DNA of 64,000 nt from a virus, in the IMG/VR virus record IMGVR_UViG_3300044632_001218, one strand, 5' to 3'. Within the stretch, counting starts at the first letter, position 1, and each line of letters starts with the position of its first letter. Of the stretch, positions 36,363 through 46,793 are shown one piece after another. The notes beneath the pieces are model-generated. The model was not told the DNA's origin. It ran no database searches and saw nothing but the letters and a program-made list of their open reading frames with translations. The position numbers were made by a program, and so were the translations under genes.

Positions 36363-36567
36363 CATCAACGATCATATCCAAAAAGACATAGATGAACTAA
36401 GTAATCCTATGCTTTCATCTCAAAGACGTAGACACGTAGAAGAAGAGTTAGAGTCTTTGAAGAAGTATCATGTTAATCATCCAGAAGATGATCATGACCC
36501 AACTTCTTTGGAATTATTTTGTGATGAAAATCCAGATGCTTTAGAATGTAAGGTATACGACTTATGA
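36355..36567 (+). CDS. cp12: CP12 Calvin-cycle inhibitor (C-terminal Cys pair only)
   Basis: DPTSLELFCDENPDALECKVYD. Confidence 0.85.
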   Translation: MSNINDHIQKDIDELSNPMLSSQRRRHVEEELESLKKYHVNHPEDDHDPTSLELFCDENPDALECKVYDL

Positions 36568-38600
36568 TGCTTGAGCAATCCCTAATTAGTCCCAACTTTT
36601 TAGGTAAAGAATCCTTTAGATGGTTCATTGGTAAAGTTACAGACTATGGAAAAATTCAAGACTCTAACATTGGTGGAGGATATAAAGCCAAAGTTAGAAT
36701 TATGGGTTATCACCCAGATCTTCAAAGTGTCATACATGATGATGAACTTCCTTGGGCACATGTTCTTGTTCCATTGAATATGGGATGTGGAAATGGTGGA
36801 AATACTGGTGGGACAATTCCCAATGGAGGAGAAACAGTTATAGGTTTTTTTCTGGATGGTGATAATGCTCAACAACCAGTTATCATAGGAGGTTTATTTT
36901 CTGGATATGATGTAGACCATACAAATACTTTTGAACAAGGAACAGATAAATTTAATACATTTCAAAGAAAAACTTCTGCTTTTAATGAAAATAATGTAAA
37001 TTCAAAGACTGGAAGTGCAACAAATCCAAATACTAAAGCCACTAATGTTCCAGATCCAAGTAATCAAGTAGTAACAGAAGATGGGTCAGTAAATACAACA
37101 GGATCAGATAAAACTGATATTGGAGGTAAAGCAGGAACAGTAGTTGTTTCTAATGTTCAAACCTGTGATAGATCAGATAGTACGTTTGGAAAAATAGTAA
37201 AAGCACTTAAACAATTTTTATTAACAGCACAACAAATTACAAATGGTTTTATCAATCCAGCTTTAAATGCAATAAGTAATATACCAGCACTTGTTGGACA
37301 AGTGACAATTGTATTGACTGATTTGTTTAGTAGATTTATTTTAAGAGCAAAAAATTTAGTCTTAGGTCAAATTTATGCTCAACTGGAACAAATTATAGGT
37401 AGATTATTACCAAAGGATATTAAACTTTTCAAACAACTCGCCACTGATAAAGTAGTTGATGCTATTCAGTGTGCATTTTTGAAAACAATTAAACAACTTG
37501 CAGAATTTTTTACTGAATTTTTATTGCAACTTGCAGACTCTGCAATTAGTGTTCCTCTTTGTGCAGTAGAAGCATTGGTTGGCAGCACATTATCTTCAGT
37601 AACATCGACAATTAATGATACAATAGGTCCTGCAATACAAGAATTTACCACAGAAGTTGGTGGTGTTATTGGGTCTATTAATGGATACATTTCTCAAGCA
37701 TTATCTTATCTTGATGCAACAGTTAATTTTCTTACTTGTGATAGTGTTGAGTGTAAGGTGGTATATGATTATTCTCTTTCCGTAGGATGGATTCCACCAG
37801 AATCTGTATCAGATTTTCAAAATGCTTTAAATTACCCATCTAATGCTATTGCTAATGCATCTCAGTCTGCCACTAATTTAATAAATGGACTTGGTGGTGA
37901 TGCAGCAACAATTCCTCCAGAATTGTCTGGTTCAATTCCATTAGATTGTAACATAGCAGCACTTGATTGTGGTCCACCAGAAATAATCTTCTTTGGTGGA
38001 GGTGGTTCTGAAGCTGCTGGAGAAGCAATTATTGATTCATTCAATCAACTTATTGGCGTTAACATCATCAATCCAGGTTCTGGATATTCCCAAGCACCAT
38101 ATGTTTCCATTCAAGATGCTTGTAATAATGGATTAGGTGCTCAAGCAACTGCAACAGTTGGATCTGGTGGAACAATAACTCAAGTAATAGTTACTAATCC
38201 TGGTTCAGGATACTTAGGACCAATAAAGACAGATAAAGATCCTTGTGATGTAAATCCAGTCACATCATCTGGGTCTGAAGTTGTTGGATCTATTGTTGGG
38301 GTTGCTATTATTAGAAATGGAATTGGATATAAACCAACAGATGTAATCACAAACATTACTTGTAGTAGTGATGTTGAGATTTATCCAGTAGTAGATGATA
38401 GAGGAAGAATTATAGATGTTAATATTGTAAATCCAGGTACTGCAATTAGGGTTCTTCCAGAACTTTCAATAAATACTGAGAGTGGTGAAGGGGCAATCTT
38501 GAAACCAATATTATCATTCAAACCAATTGAACCTGTGACTTCAGAAACTAATAGAGAAAAGGTTCAAAGAGTAATCCTTTGTGCAGAAAATCATGGCTGA
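36564..38600 (+). CDS. g5: Baseplate hub/spike gp5 N-terminal (OB-fold) protein
   Basis: FRWFIG.V, KVRIMGYH, LPWA.V..P, GETV.GFFLDG..AQQPVI.G; no lysozyme motif seen. Confidence 0.85.
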   Translation: MMLEQSLISPNFLGKESFRWFIGKVTDYGKIQDSNIGGGYKAKVRIMGYHPDLQSVIHDDELPWAHVLVPLNMGCGNGGNTGGTIPNGGETVIGFFLDGDNAQQPVIIGGLFSGYDVDHTNTFEQGTDKFNTFQRKTSAFNENNVNSKTGSATNPNTKATNVPDPSNQVVTEDGSVNTTGSDKTDIGGKAGTVVVSNVQTCDRSDSTFGKIVKALKQFLLTAQQITNGFINPALNAISNIPALVGQVTIVLTDLFSRFILRAKNLVLGQIYAQLEQIIGRLLPKDIKLFKQLATDKVVDAIQCAFLKTIKQLAEFFTEFLLQLADSAISVPLCAVEALVGSTLSSVTSTINDTIGPAIQEFTTEVGGVIGSINGYISQALSYLDATVNFLTCDSVECKVVYDYSLSVGWIPPESVSDFQNALNYPSNAIANASQSATNLINGLGGDAATIPPELSGSIPLDCNIAALDCGPPEIIFFGGGGSEAAGEAIIDSFNQLIGVNIINPGSGYSQAPYVSIQDACNNGLGAQATATVGSGGTITQVIVTNPGSGYLGPIKTDKDPCDVNPVTSSGSEVVGSIVGVAIIRNGIGYKPTDVITNITCSSDVEIYPVVDDRGRIIDVNIVNPGTAIRVLPELSINTESGEGAILKPILSFKPIEPVTSETNREKVQRVILCAENHG

Positions 38601-39159
38601 TTATCAACATCCTTCAGGATATGTAATTAATAATGCTGATTATGGAAGTATTTTTATAGGTGAGGACAAAGGGACTCAAAGAACAAGGCAAATAGAACTT
38701 CATTCTGCATCTAATGCAGCACTAAAACTTTTTAGTGATGGTGGATTTCAAATACAAAGTCAAAAAAGTGGGACTTCTGGTTCAAATAAGGAAGATTCTA
38801 TTGTCAGTAGATCTGATGATGGATTGTTTATTAATGCTGATAGCAATATTCACATATCTGCTGGTCCTACAGGAGCTATAACACTTGCTGCAAGAGAAAT
38901 AAGGTTTGAATCAACTGCACATGATGAAACTTTTGTCATTAGAGCAACTAAAAATTTACAATTGCAAGCAGATAATATAAAAATTGATGGTGGAACTGTT
39001 GCAATTGGTGCAAAAGTTAAAATGTTACTTCGTTCTCCTGGACCAATCTATATAAATTCAAGTGCAGGAGTTTCCATTGTGGAACCAAAGTTATCATTAT
39101 GCCCTAAAAATCTTTTGCAAGTTGTTCAAACTTTAGCTACTAATGTATTTGGATATTAA
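38593..39159 (+). CDS. Probable gp5 C-terminal beta-helix-like spike segment
   Basis: Repetitive I.I.A..G.I.L.A.. strands; follows g5. Confidence 0.55.
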   Translation: MADYQHPSGYVINNADYGSIFIGEDKGTQRTRQIELHSASNAALKLFSDGGFQIQSQKSGTSGSNKEDSIVSRSDDGLFINADSNIHISAGPTGAITLAAREIRFESTAHDETFVIRATKNLQLQADNIKIDGGTVAIGAKVKMLLRSPGPIYINSSAGVSIVEPKLSLCPKNLLQVVQTLATNVFGY

Positions 39160-39161
39160 AC

Positions 39162-39821
39162 ATGGCAAACATTAATACCATAGAAACTGAATCAATTCAG
39201 GTTGGGACAGCTCTTGCTCCTGCTATTGCTGCTGTAGATATTTGGCCATCTTTAGATCCAACTGTGCCATTTTCACAACAAGTTAATGGTATTAATAATT
39301 TTGTAGCACTGACAAATCAAATTGGTTTGTATAATGGTATAGGACTACAATCTATTACTGGTCTTAGTAATTTGCTTGGATTTAAAACTGGTGTTGGTGG
39401 GCAAGCAAATGCAGAACCAAAACAAGACAATGCAACTCCTACTGCAAAGCATAGTTCTCCAAATGGCAATCTTCTTGGAAGTTGGAAGTTAAATGGAGTA
39501 CCTATACAAACAGTATCAGACATTAAATTTAAAGTAAATATAAAACCTCTTCAAAATTCTTTAGATAAAGTTTTGAAGTTGCAAGGTATGGAATATGATA
39601 GGACTGATTATGAAAAGCACGAATATGGATTAATTGCACAACAAGTAGAACAAGTAATTCCAGAACTTGTAGATGAAAATTCAGAAAAAACTAAATTAGT
39701 TCATTATCAAAACTTAACTGCTGTTCTTGTAGAGGCGATTAAAGAACAACAAGAACAGATCAATTCCCTCAAGCAGACAGTTCAGGAACTGTCCACCAAA
39801 CTTGCAGAGTGCTGCTCTTGA
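39162..39821 (+). CDS. Spike/fibre tip protein with peptidase S74 intramolecular chaperone
   Basis: SDIKFKVNI, LDKVLKLQG, GLIAQQVEQVIPELV, Y..L.AVLVEAIKE. Confidence 0.85.
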   Translation: MANINTIETESIQVGTALAPAIAAVDIWPSLDPTVPFSQQVNGINNFVALTNQIGLYNGIGLQSITGLSNLLGFKTGVGGQANAEPKQDNATPTAKHSSPNGNLLGSWKLNGVPIQTVSDIKFKVNIKPLQNSLDKVLKLQGMEYDRTDYEKHEYGLIAQQVEQVIPELVDENSEKTKLVHYQNLTAVLVEAIKEQQEQINSLKQTVQELSTKLAECCS

Positions 39822-39830
39822 TGCTATGAT
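39802..39830 (+). promoter_or_regulatory. Sigma70-like promoter inside the end of the S74 gene
   Basis: TTGCAG (39802-39807), 17 nt, TG-n-TATGAT (39825-39830). Confidence 0.55.
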
Positions 39831-39857
39831 GGATAGGTAAGCAACCCCTGTAATCAA

Positions 39858-40028
39858 ATGCAAATCAACCGTGACCAACTGGATGAACTGAAAGGACTTC
39901 AAGAAGATACTGCTGCCCATTTCACTGATGGCAATCTTGTAAGTGGTGAAACCTATTGGACTTGCGTTGAAGCATTTGCCCAAGCAAAACTGGCAGAACT
40001 TCGTGGTGAGTTGGTTTATGAGGGTTGA
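39858..40028 (+). CDS. Hypothetical protein, 56 aa (not in ORF track)
   Basis: MQINRDQLDELKGLQEDTAAHF...VSGETYWTCVE..A.AKLAELRGE. Confidence 0.65.
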   Translation: MQINRDQLDELKGLQEDTAAHFTDGNLVSGETYWTCVEAFAQAKLAELRGELVYEG

Positions 40029-40053
40029 CTTGGTGGTGGCAGTGTGGTATAAT
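40025..40053 (+). promoter_or_regulatory. Sigma70 promoter of the tRNA
   Basis: TTGACT (40025-40030), 17 nt, TATAAT (40048-40053). Confidence 0.85.
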
Positions 40054-40100
40054 ATCAAGGTGTGAAGGAAGTGCTGGAGAGGATTCTTTCTCTCCACTTT

Positions 40101-40184
40101 GGGAGCATGGCGTAATTGGTAGCCGCACCAGACTTAAAATCTGTTGGTCTTAAGACCGTGGGAGTTCGACCCTCCCTGCTCCTA
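40101..40184 (+). tRNA. trnL: tRNA-Leu, anticodon TAA, CCA not encoded
   Basis: Acceptor GGGAGCA/TGCTCCT, D-loop AATTGGTA, anticodon loop CTTAAAA, variable arm GGTC-TTAA-GACC, T-loop TTCGAC. Confidence 0.95.
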
Positions 40185-40221
40185 TTTCAAAATTGACTTT
40201 TTATTTCAAAAATCCCCTCGA

Positions 40222-40257
40222 AAAAACTCCAGGCAAAAATTGCCTGTAGGGTTTTTA
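40222..40257. terminator. Bidirectional terminator-like hairpin between convergent units
   Basis: AAAAACTC-CAGGCAA-AAA-TTGCCTG-TA-GGGTTTTT. Confidence 0.6.
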
Positions 40258-41577
40258 CAACCATTCATCATTTGCAGGGTCTTGGAAGAAACTTAATAAA
40301 GCATTATTGACTGCAATAGATTGATTCAGTTGTGCAGTTGATTCATTGTAAGCATAATTCTGTAATTCATATCCAGATTTTCCTGCTTTTAATATATTTA
40401 CTTTTGTGATTAAATTATTTCTTTGTGTTCTTAAAGTTGTAATTTGTGAATTTAGGTTTGAAATAGATGTAGCATAACCAGTACAAGTTCCTGAATCGCA
40501 AGATAATCCAATACAAGTTCCAATTGGGTCTATGTAGATGCCAATAGACACTGAATCTACATAAGTTTCTGTTCCAAGACCAGCAGTATCTCCTGGAGTA
40601 CCTACATATACAATTGGTGTAGTTATGTAATTTGAACCTGGATTTACAACAGTAATGGATTGAAGTCTTCCATTACTATCAATTGTAGATGTTGCAGTTG
40701 CAGTAGTTCCAAATCCAACAGAGGATAGTGTAACAGTTGGAGTAAATGTATAACCATATCCAGGATTAGTTACTTCAAATCCAGTTACTACGCCAACAGA
40801 TACATATGCAGTTGCAGTTGCTGTGGTTCCTATTCCAGGTCCTATTACGGTTGGAGGTTGAATAGAAACTGAAGGTGCTTGAGTGTAACCATATCCTGCA
40901 TTAGATACATTTATTGCAGTTACTATTCCAGGAGCACCAGTGGTTGCAACACCAACAGCAGATTGTATTAGTGGTGAGGCAATAGTTACTGATGGTGCAG
41001 AAACATAACCTTTTCCAGCATTGACTACAGAAATTGATGTAACTCTTCCATTTGATACTAATGCAGTAGCAGATTGGGAATCCGAAGATGCAACACTGAC
41101 TAATGTTCCATTGATAGTTTCAAATGGATTGGGGGAAAGATATGTGTATCCTCTGTATCTTAAGGTATCTTTATAAACTACAACTATGTCTTCTGGGAGA
41201 ATCCCACTAAACAAATCACTTCTTCCAGAAAATAAAAGGAATAATACTGTAGCAAAACTATAAAAAAGAAACGACAAAGGGTCTACGCCACAACCAATAA
41301 GGTTTGCTTCTTGTCCAAGAGACAACAACTGTAATTGTAATGTATTAATTTGATTATTGATTTCTACAATTTTATCATCTAATTTTTCAATAGGGGTGTC
41401 ATAGTTTGCTATAACTTCATTAACGCCCCAAATTTTGATTTGTTCTGTAGTACCAATTCCAGTTTTTATATTATATCCACCTTGAACTAAAGCAACCTGA
41501 GATAATTGTTGTGAATCTAAAGAATTTTTTTGGTTATATAATTCAATAAGTGCCTCAGTTTGTGTGCTAATTGCCAT
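40255..41577 (-). CDS. Virion structural protein with repeated V.I.V.N.G.GY..AP.V.I modules
   Basis: Three such repeats between coiled-coil ends; the same motif occurs in the g5 ORF and the 46794 ORF. Confidence 0.7.
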   Translation of the reverse strand: MAISTQTEALIELYNQKNSLDSQQLSQVALVQGGYNIKTGIGTTEQIKIWGVNEVIANYDTPIEKLDDKIVEINNQINTLQLQLLSLGQEANLIGCGVDPLSFLFYSFATVLFLLFSGRSDLFSGILPEDIVVVYKDTLRYRGYTYLSPNPFETINGTLVSVASSDSQSATALVSNGRVTSISVVNAGKGYVSAPSVTIASPLIQSAVGVATTGAPGIVTAINVSNAGYGYTQAPSVSIQPPTVIGPGIGTTATATAYVSVGVVTGFEVTNPGYGYTFTPTVTLSSVGFGTTATATSTIDSNGRLQSITVVNPGSNYITTPIVYVGTPGDTAGLGTETYVDSVSIGIYIDPIGTCIGLSCDSGTCTGYATSISNLNSQITTLRTQRNNLITKVNILKAGKSGYELQNYAYNESTAQLNQSIAVNNALLSFFQDPANDEWL

Positions 41578-41651
41578 TATTCAATCAATTATGAGTAATC
41601 CTATTTATTGATAAATAAGACAAGAGAAGTATAACAACAGGATAATCTGCA

Positions 41652-44600
41652 ATGCCCTTAGCGAGATTAGAGAACTTTCTTAAAAATCTTAATGGTAATA
41701 CATTATATGTTGACCCCAATGAATTAGATTCAACTGATTCTATTGAAAATAGAGGTAACTCAAGATTACGCCCATTTAAAACTATTCAAAGGGCACTCTT
41801 AGAGGCAGCAAGATTTTCTTATGTTGCTGGGTCAAATAATGATTTGTTTGACCAAACCACAATCATCATTTCTCCAGGTACTCATTACATTGATAATAGA
41901 CCTGGATATTATGTTGATGCAAGCAATATTTTAAAAGATGTTAATAATTCAACTGTAACTATTTCTGAATTTAATATCTTAAGTAATTTTGATGCTACTG
42001 ACCCAACTAATGAACTTTATATTTACAATAGCGTAAATGGTGGTGTAATTTTACCAAAAGGAACTTCTTTAGTAGCAACTGATTTAAGAAAAACAAAAAT
42101 TAGACCATTATTTGTTCCAGATCCAGGAAATAGTGGTATAGAAAAAACATCAATCTTTAGATTGACTGGTTCTTGTTATTTCTTTGGATTTAGTATTTTT
42201 GATGGCGATCCACTGGGTAAAGTTTATAATACTTATGCAACAAACACAGTAACTCCTGCATTTTCCCACCACAAATTAACTGCATTTGAGTATGCTGATG
42301 GTGTCAATGATGTAGTTAAGAACAGTACAAATCTTGGTCGTACTGACCTTGAAATGTATTATTATAAACTTTCACTGGGATTTGGTCAGCAATCAGGACG
42401 AAATGTCATTGATGGATATGCTAACTTCCAACCTAATATTGATGAATATAGAATTGTTGGTGAACTTGGTGTAGGTTCTATTAATATTAATCCAGTAGCA
42501 GGTTCAGTAAAATCTGGTGATGGCGTAACTGGAACCAATGTTATTACTGTAGTTACTGAAACAGAGCACGGATTGACTCCATTGTCTCCTATTTTGATTT
42601 CTGGCGTTGGAATAGCAGAGGGAAGTCCAACAACAACTGAATACAATGGCAACTTTATTGTTGCTCAAGTCATAGATTCAAAAACATTTACTTACTTAAC
42701 TCAAGCAATTCCAACTGCAACTTTAAATCCAAGTTCTGATGGTGCAGCAGTTAAAGTTATTTCCGACACAACCACTTCATCATCACCATACATCTTCAAC
42801 TGTAGTTTGAAGTCAGTTTATGGTATGAGTGGACTTCATGCTGATGGTTCTAAGGCAACTGGATTTAGGTCAATGGTGACTGCCCAGTTCACTGGAATTT
42901 CACTGCAAAAAGATGATAGGGCATTTGTAAAGTATGATGATGTTACTGGTGGATATTTAGATCAGACAAGTTTTGGGGTAAGTGAATTCTTACATCAACA
43001 AATAGATTCAGTTTACAAACCAGATTGGGCAAGTTTCCATATCAAGGCATCTAATGATTCTTTCATTCAGTGCGTTTCTATCTTCGCTATTGGTTATGCA
43101 AATCAGTTTGTTGCAGATACTGGTGGAGACCAGAGCATCACAAACTCAAATAGCAACTTTGGACAAAGAGCATTAATTTCAGAGGGATTCAAGGCAGAGG
43201 CATTTCCAAAAGATGATTATGGATTTGTCACGCACATTATCCCACCAAAAGATGTTTCAATGGAAGAAAGAAACATCAATACTTATGGTGTTGATAGTAA
43301 CCTTCCAAATTCAAATACTAAAATTTATTTGAGAGGGTTTGATGATGTCCTAACTCCTCCAAATGCAAAAGTTAGAGGATACTCTATTGGTGGTAGGGAA
43401 AATGATAAAATCTATTACAATTACTTTGGGACAGAGTATTTTGCAGATATTACTCCAAACTATCAAGTAAAACCTAATGTAACCACTATTGATACTGGAA
43501 ACAATACCTTAACATTATCAAGTGTATCTGGAATAAGCACAGGAGCACCTGTAAAAGTTGTTTCTAAAAATGCTCTCTTGCCTGATGGTATTGAGTATGA
43601 CCAGACATATTTTGCAAGAATAGTTTCAGGTAACATTGTTAGAATTTATGAAAACTTAGAAAATTGTACCTCTGATGTTACAAGTAGTGGCGTAACAGCA
43701 GTAGATATCAAAAATACAGTTGGATTGACTTCAGGTAATTTGTCTGTATTAAGTAAAGTTTCAGATTTGTCTTCTGGAAGTGTTGGAAGCCCTGTTCAAT
43801 GGGATAATACAAATAAAAATTGGTACATTGGCATTACTACAAGTGCAAGTTCTCCAACTTTTGTTTCTAATATTATAACACAAGATATTTCTCCAACTTT
43901 ATACCTGAAGAGAATTATTGATACAAGACTTGATGAGGATAAAACATATAGAGTTAGATATGTAGTTCCAAAAGAATCTTCAAATGCTGCAGTCCCATCT
44001 TCAGGATTTGTATTTGAAAAATCTGGGTATCCACTCAATTCATCTTATCCAACTTCAACTGATTCTGGATTACAAGCATCATCTGGAGGAGAATTAACAT
44101 CAATCAGAAATAAAAATGTTATTGTTGATGCTTCTTATACAGGTGGAACTGTAACAGTAACTACCAAAAATCCACATGGACTTAGAACTGGTAATAAAAT
44201 CAGTATTTACAACCTCAAGAGTTCTAATGAACCTGCTCCAATTGGAATTGGAACTGGGACTGGATTCAATGGAAGTTTTGAAGTAGCAAGTGTTCCAAAT
44301 GATATATCATTTACATATTCAATTTCAAGAAATCCAGGAACAATCACTGTTGGAGTATCAACAGTTGCCACTTGGTTAAATGATCGTGATTGTAATCAAG
44401 TAACAAGAATTCCTCCCTATACAGTTTATGAGACAGATAGAGGAAATCTTCCATATTTTACTTGCAATCAAATTAGTAATCATCATACTTCTTATGAAAT
44501 AAAGGAAATACAAAAATATACTCAAGGTTCTACTGATGGTGTTTATCACATTACATTAGATACATTTAAAAATACCCCTACAGTTTCTCCTTTCAATACC

Positions 44601-46757
44601 TCAGATTATAAGTTTGGTCAAAGTTTAAATAATGTTTATCCAAAAACAGATTTTGATAATCTCATAGTTGACCCTGAATCAACAACCACTGTTGCATCAA
44701 GAAAAACTATAGGAACTGTAGATATTAGTGACCCATACTACAGTTCTACTAAAGAAACTGCAATTGAATTCTTAAAAGATTTTAATTTTGGTCAAAAAAT
44801 TACAGGATTTGTTAAGTCTGGAAGTAATGTAACCATTACAACTGAACAAAATCATGGATTGGGAGGAATCAGAAGAGTCACTGGAACTATTTTAGGTTCT
44901 GGATATTTGCAAGGAAAATATTATGACCTTCCTCTTTGTGGAGGAACAGGTTCTAATGCTACAATTAATTTAGAAGTTAACTCTGGTGGTAGCGTAATTT
45001 CAAGTTCTCTGGAAATTGCAAACTCAGGTTCTGGATATACTATTGGAGATACTTTATCAGTAAAGGGTATTCCAGGTTCAACTAATGCCACAACTGTCAC
45101 AATTCCTTCCAATGTTGGATTGAATTTTGATGCAAATGATTCTGATTTGATTCAGATTTTTGGAGCAACAAATACAGGAAATAATGGGCCATTTATTATT
45201 TCATCAGTTACTGCTAATACAATCACATTTGCAAATACTTTAGGTGCAACAGAAGCAACTACAAATGCAGTTATTGTTCTTTCTGGTCAAGGGTTCCCAA
45301 TTGATTCAGTTTCTTATAGTGCCACAACTGGAATCAGTACCATTACCACATCTACCTTAACTCCACATCCATTTGCTCCTGGAAATAAAATTGTTTTCAA
45401 TAACATTAATGTTGGCATCTGCACAGTAACAACTGTAGTTGGGGTTAATACTTTTACAGTACAAGGAAACATCACTGGAGCAGATAGGTCTTATTTGATT
45501 GGATTGATTCCAACATTGAGGGATACTAATGCACTTAATGAAAACTTAAATGTAAGACAATTTACAACATATGCTGGATATAAGAGTAGATTGGGACAAG
45601 ATGTTTCTACCTCTGCTTCATCATTCACTGTAGATAATGTTCAAGGATTGAAGAAAGGTGACTTTATTGAAGTTTTAAGTGAAATAATGTTAATTACCAG
45701 AATTACTGGTAGCTCAATTACAGTAAAAAGAGCTCTGTTTGGAACACAGGCAGTAGCACATCCTGATAATACATCTTTCCAAACTATTTTCATCCCTGCA
45801 GTAGAAATTAGAAGACCTTCTATTTTAAGAGCATCTAGCCACACCTTTGAATATACTGGATTTGGTCCAGGAAACTATTCAACTGCAATGCCAAGCAATC
45901 AGACTAAAGTCTTGAGTGATGAAGAAGTTCTTAATTCACAATCACTTTCGAACAGAGGTGGTTTGGTAGTTTACACTGGTATGAATAGTAATGGTGAGTT
46001 CTTTATTGGTAAGAAAAAGTTTAATGCAGCATCTGGTAATGAAATAGTAGGGGCAGGAACCGTAGAGGAAACAGTAGTTTCTGATTTTGATGTATTGACT
46101 GTCAATAAACTTATTGTTAATGAAGAAATTGATTCATCTACTGCATTCCAAGAGATAAGAGATTTAACTATTACTGGCATTACATCAATCACTAACGCCA
46201 CAGAATCAAATTCTTGTGATACTGGTGCTTTGGTTGTTGAAGGTGGTGTTGGTGTTGCTAAAAACTTAAATGTTTGTGGTAGTGTAAATGTAACTGGTGC
46301 TGTAACTGGTGATGTAACTGGCAATGTTACAGGAAATGTAACTGGTAATGTTACAGGAAATGTGACTGGTAATGTTACAGGAAATCTTACAGGAAATGTA
46401 ACTGGTAATGTTACTGGTAATGCAGGCACTGTAACTAATGGTGTTTATACTACCAATTTCACTGGAATTAACCAAGACTTTGTTGGAACTTCTGGGTATC
46501 AAATAATGCCTGGAGGATTGATTATTCAATGGGGAGTATCATCATCATTGGGGCAAGCATCAGAAGTTCAAACATTTGCTACACCATTTACTACTGCAGT
46601 ATTTTCTATTGTAGCAACACCAACTACTGGTAATACTGCTAATGGCGATAGAAGGGATCATTGGGGAGTTACTAATTTTACCTTAAATAATTTTACATTA
46701 GTTAGTTGGTTTGAAAATACAACAACCACTTATAATTGGATTGCAATAGGGTATTAA
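41652..46757 (+). CDS. Large tail fibre/baseplate protein (beta-helix N-terminus, VTGN shaft, fibre-tip domain)
   Basis: YVDP...GNS..RPFKTIQRAL; pectin-lyase-like repeats; SGYQIMPGGLIIQWG tip domain. Confidence 0.75.
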   Translation: MPLARLENFLKNLNGNTLYVDPNELDSTDSIENRGNSRLRPFKTIQRALLEAARFSYVAGSNNDLFDQTTIIISPGTHYIDNRPGYYVDASNILKDVNNSTVTISEFNILSNFDATDPTNELYIYNSVNGGVILPKGTSLVATDLRKTKIRPLFVPDPGNSGIEKTSIFRLTGSCYFFGFSIFDGDPLGKVYNTYATNTVTPAFSHHKLTAFEYADGVNDVVKNSTNLGRTDLEMYYYKLSLGFGQQSGRNVIDGYANFQPNIDEYRIVGELGVGSININPVAGSVKSGDGVTGTNVITVVTETEHGLTPLSPILISGVGIAEGSPTTTEYNGNFIVAQVIDSKTFTYLTQAIPTATLNPSSDGAAVKVISDTTTSSSPYIFNCSLKSVYGMSGLHADGSKATGFRSMVTAQFTGISLQKDDRAFVKYDDVTGGYLDQTSFGVSEFLHQQIDSVYKPDWASFHIKASNDSFIQCVSIFAIGYANQFVADTGGDQSITNSNSNFGQRALISEGFKAEAFPKDDYGFVTHIIPPKDVSMEERNINTYGVDSNLPNSNTKIYLRGFDDVLTPPNAKVRGYSIGGRENDKIYYNYFGTEYFADITPNYQVKPNVTTIDTGNNTLTLSSVSGISTGAPVKVVSKNALLPDGIEYDQTYFARIVSGNIVRIYENLENCTSDVTSSGVTAVDIKNTVGLTSGNLSVLSKVSDLSSGSVGSPVQWDNTNKNWYIGITTSASSPTFVSNIITQDISPTLYLKRIIDTRLDEDKTYRVRYVVPKESSNAAVPSSGFVFEKSGYPLNSSYPTSTDSGLQASSGGELTSIRNKNVIVDASYTGGTVTVTTKNPHGLRTGNKISIYNLKSSNEPAPIGIGTGTGFNGSFEVASVPNDISFTYSISRNPGTITVGVSTVATWLNDRDCNQVTRIPPYTVYETDRGNLPYFTCNQISNHHTSYEIKEIQKYTQGSTDGVYHITLDTFKNTPTVSPFNTSDYKFGQSLNNVYPKTDFDNLIVDPESTTTVASRKTIGTVDISDPYYSSTKETAIEFLKDFNFGQKITGFVKSGSNVTITTEQNHGLGGIRRVTGTILGSGYLQGKYYDLPLCGGTGSNATINLEVNSGGSVISSSLEIANSGSGYTIGDTLSVKGIPGSTNATTVTIPSNVGLNFDANDSDLIQIFGATNTGNNGPFIISSVTANTITFANTLGATEATTNAVIVLSGQGFPIDSVSYSATTGISTITTSTLTPHPFAPGNKIVFNNINVGICTVTTVVGVNTFTVQGNITGADRSYLIGLIPTLRDTNALNENLNVRQFTTYAGYKSRLGQDVSTSASSFTVDNVQGLKKGDFIEVLSEIMLITRITGSSITVKRALFGTQAVAHPDNTSFQTIFIPAVEIRRPSILRASSHTFEYTGFGPGNYSTAMPSNQTKVLSDEEVLNSQSLSNRGGLVVYTGMNSNGEFFIGKKKFNAASGNEIVGAGTVEETVVSDFDVLTVNKLIVNEEIDSSTAFQEIRDLTITGITSITNATESNSCDTGALVVEGGVGVAKNLNVCGSVNVTGAVTGDVTGNVTGNVTGNVTGNVTGNVTGNLTGNVTGNVTGNAGTVTNGVYTTNFTGINQDFVGTSGYQIMPGGLIIQWGVSSSLGQASEVQTFATPFTTAVFSIVATPTTGNTANGDRRDHWGVTNFTLNNFTLVSWFENTTTTYNWIAIGY
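46290..46421 (+). repeat. Eleven 12-nt units encoding (V/L)TG(N/A/D)
   Basis: GTAACTGGTAAT / GTTACAGGAAAT alternation. Confidence 0.9.
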
Positions 46758-46758
46758 T

Positions 46759-46792
46759 ATAAATAATCTTATAAAAGGGGGATAGGGAACCC
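46759..46792 (+). promoter_or_regulatory. Late promoter plus conserved leader motif, copy 1
   Basis: TATAAATA at 46758-46765, then CTTATAAAAGGGGGATAGGGAACCC. Confidence 0.7.
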
Positions 46793-46793
46793 G

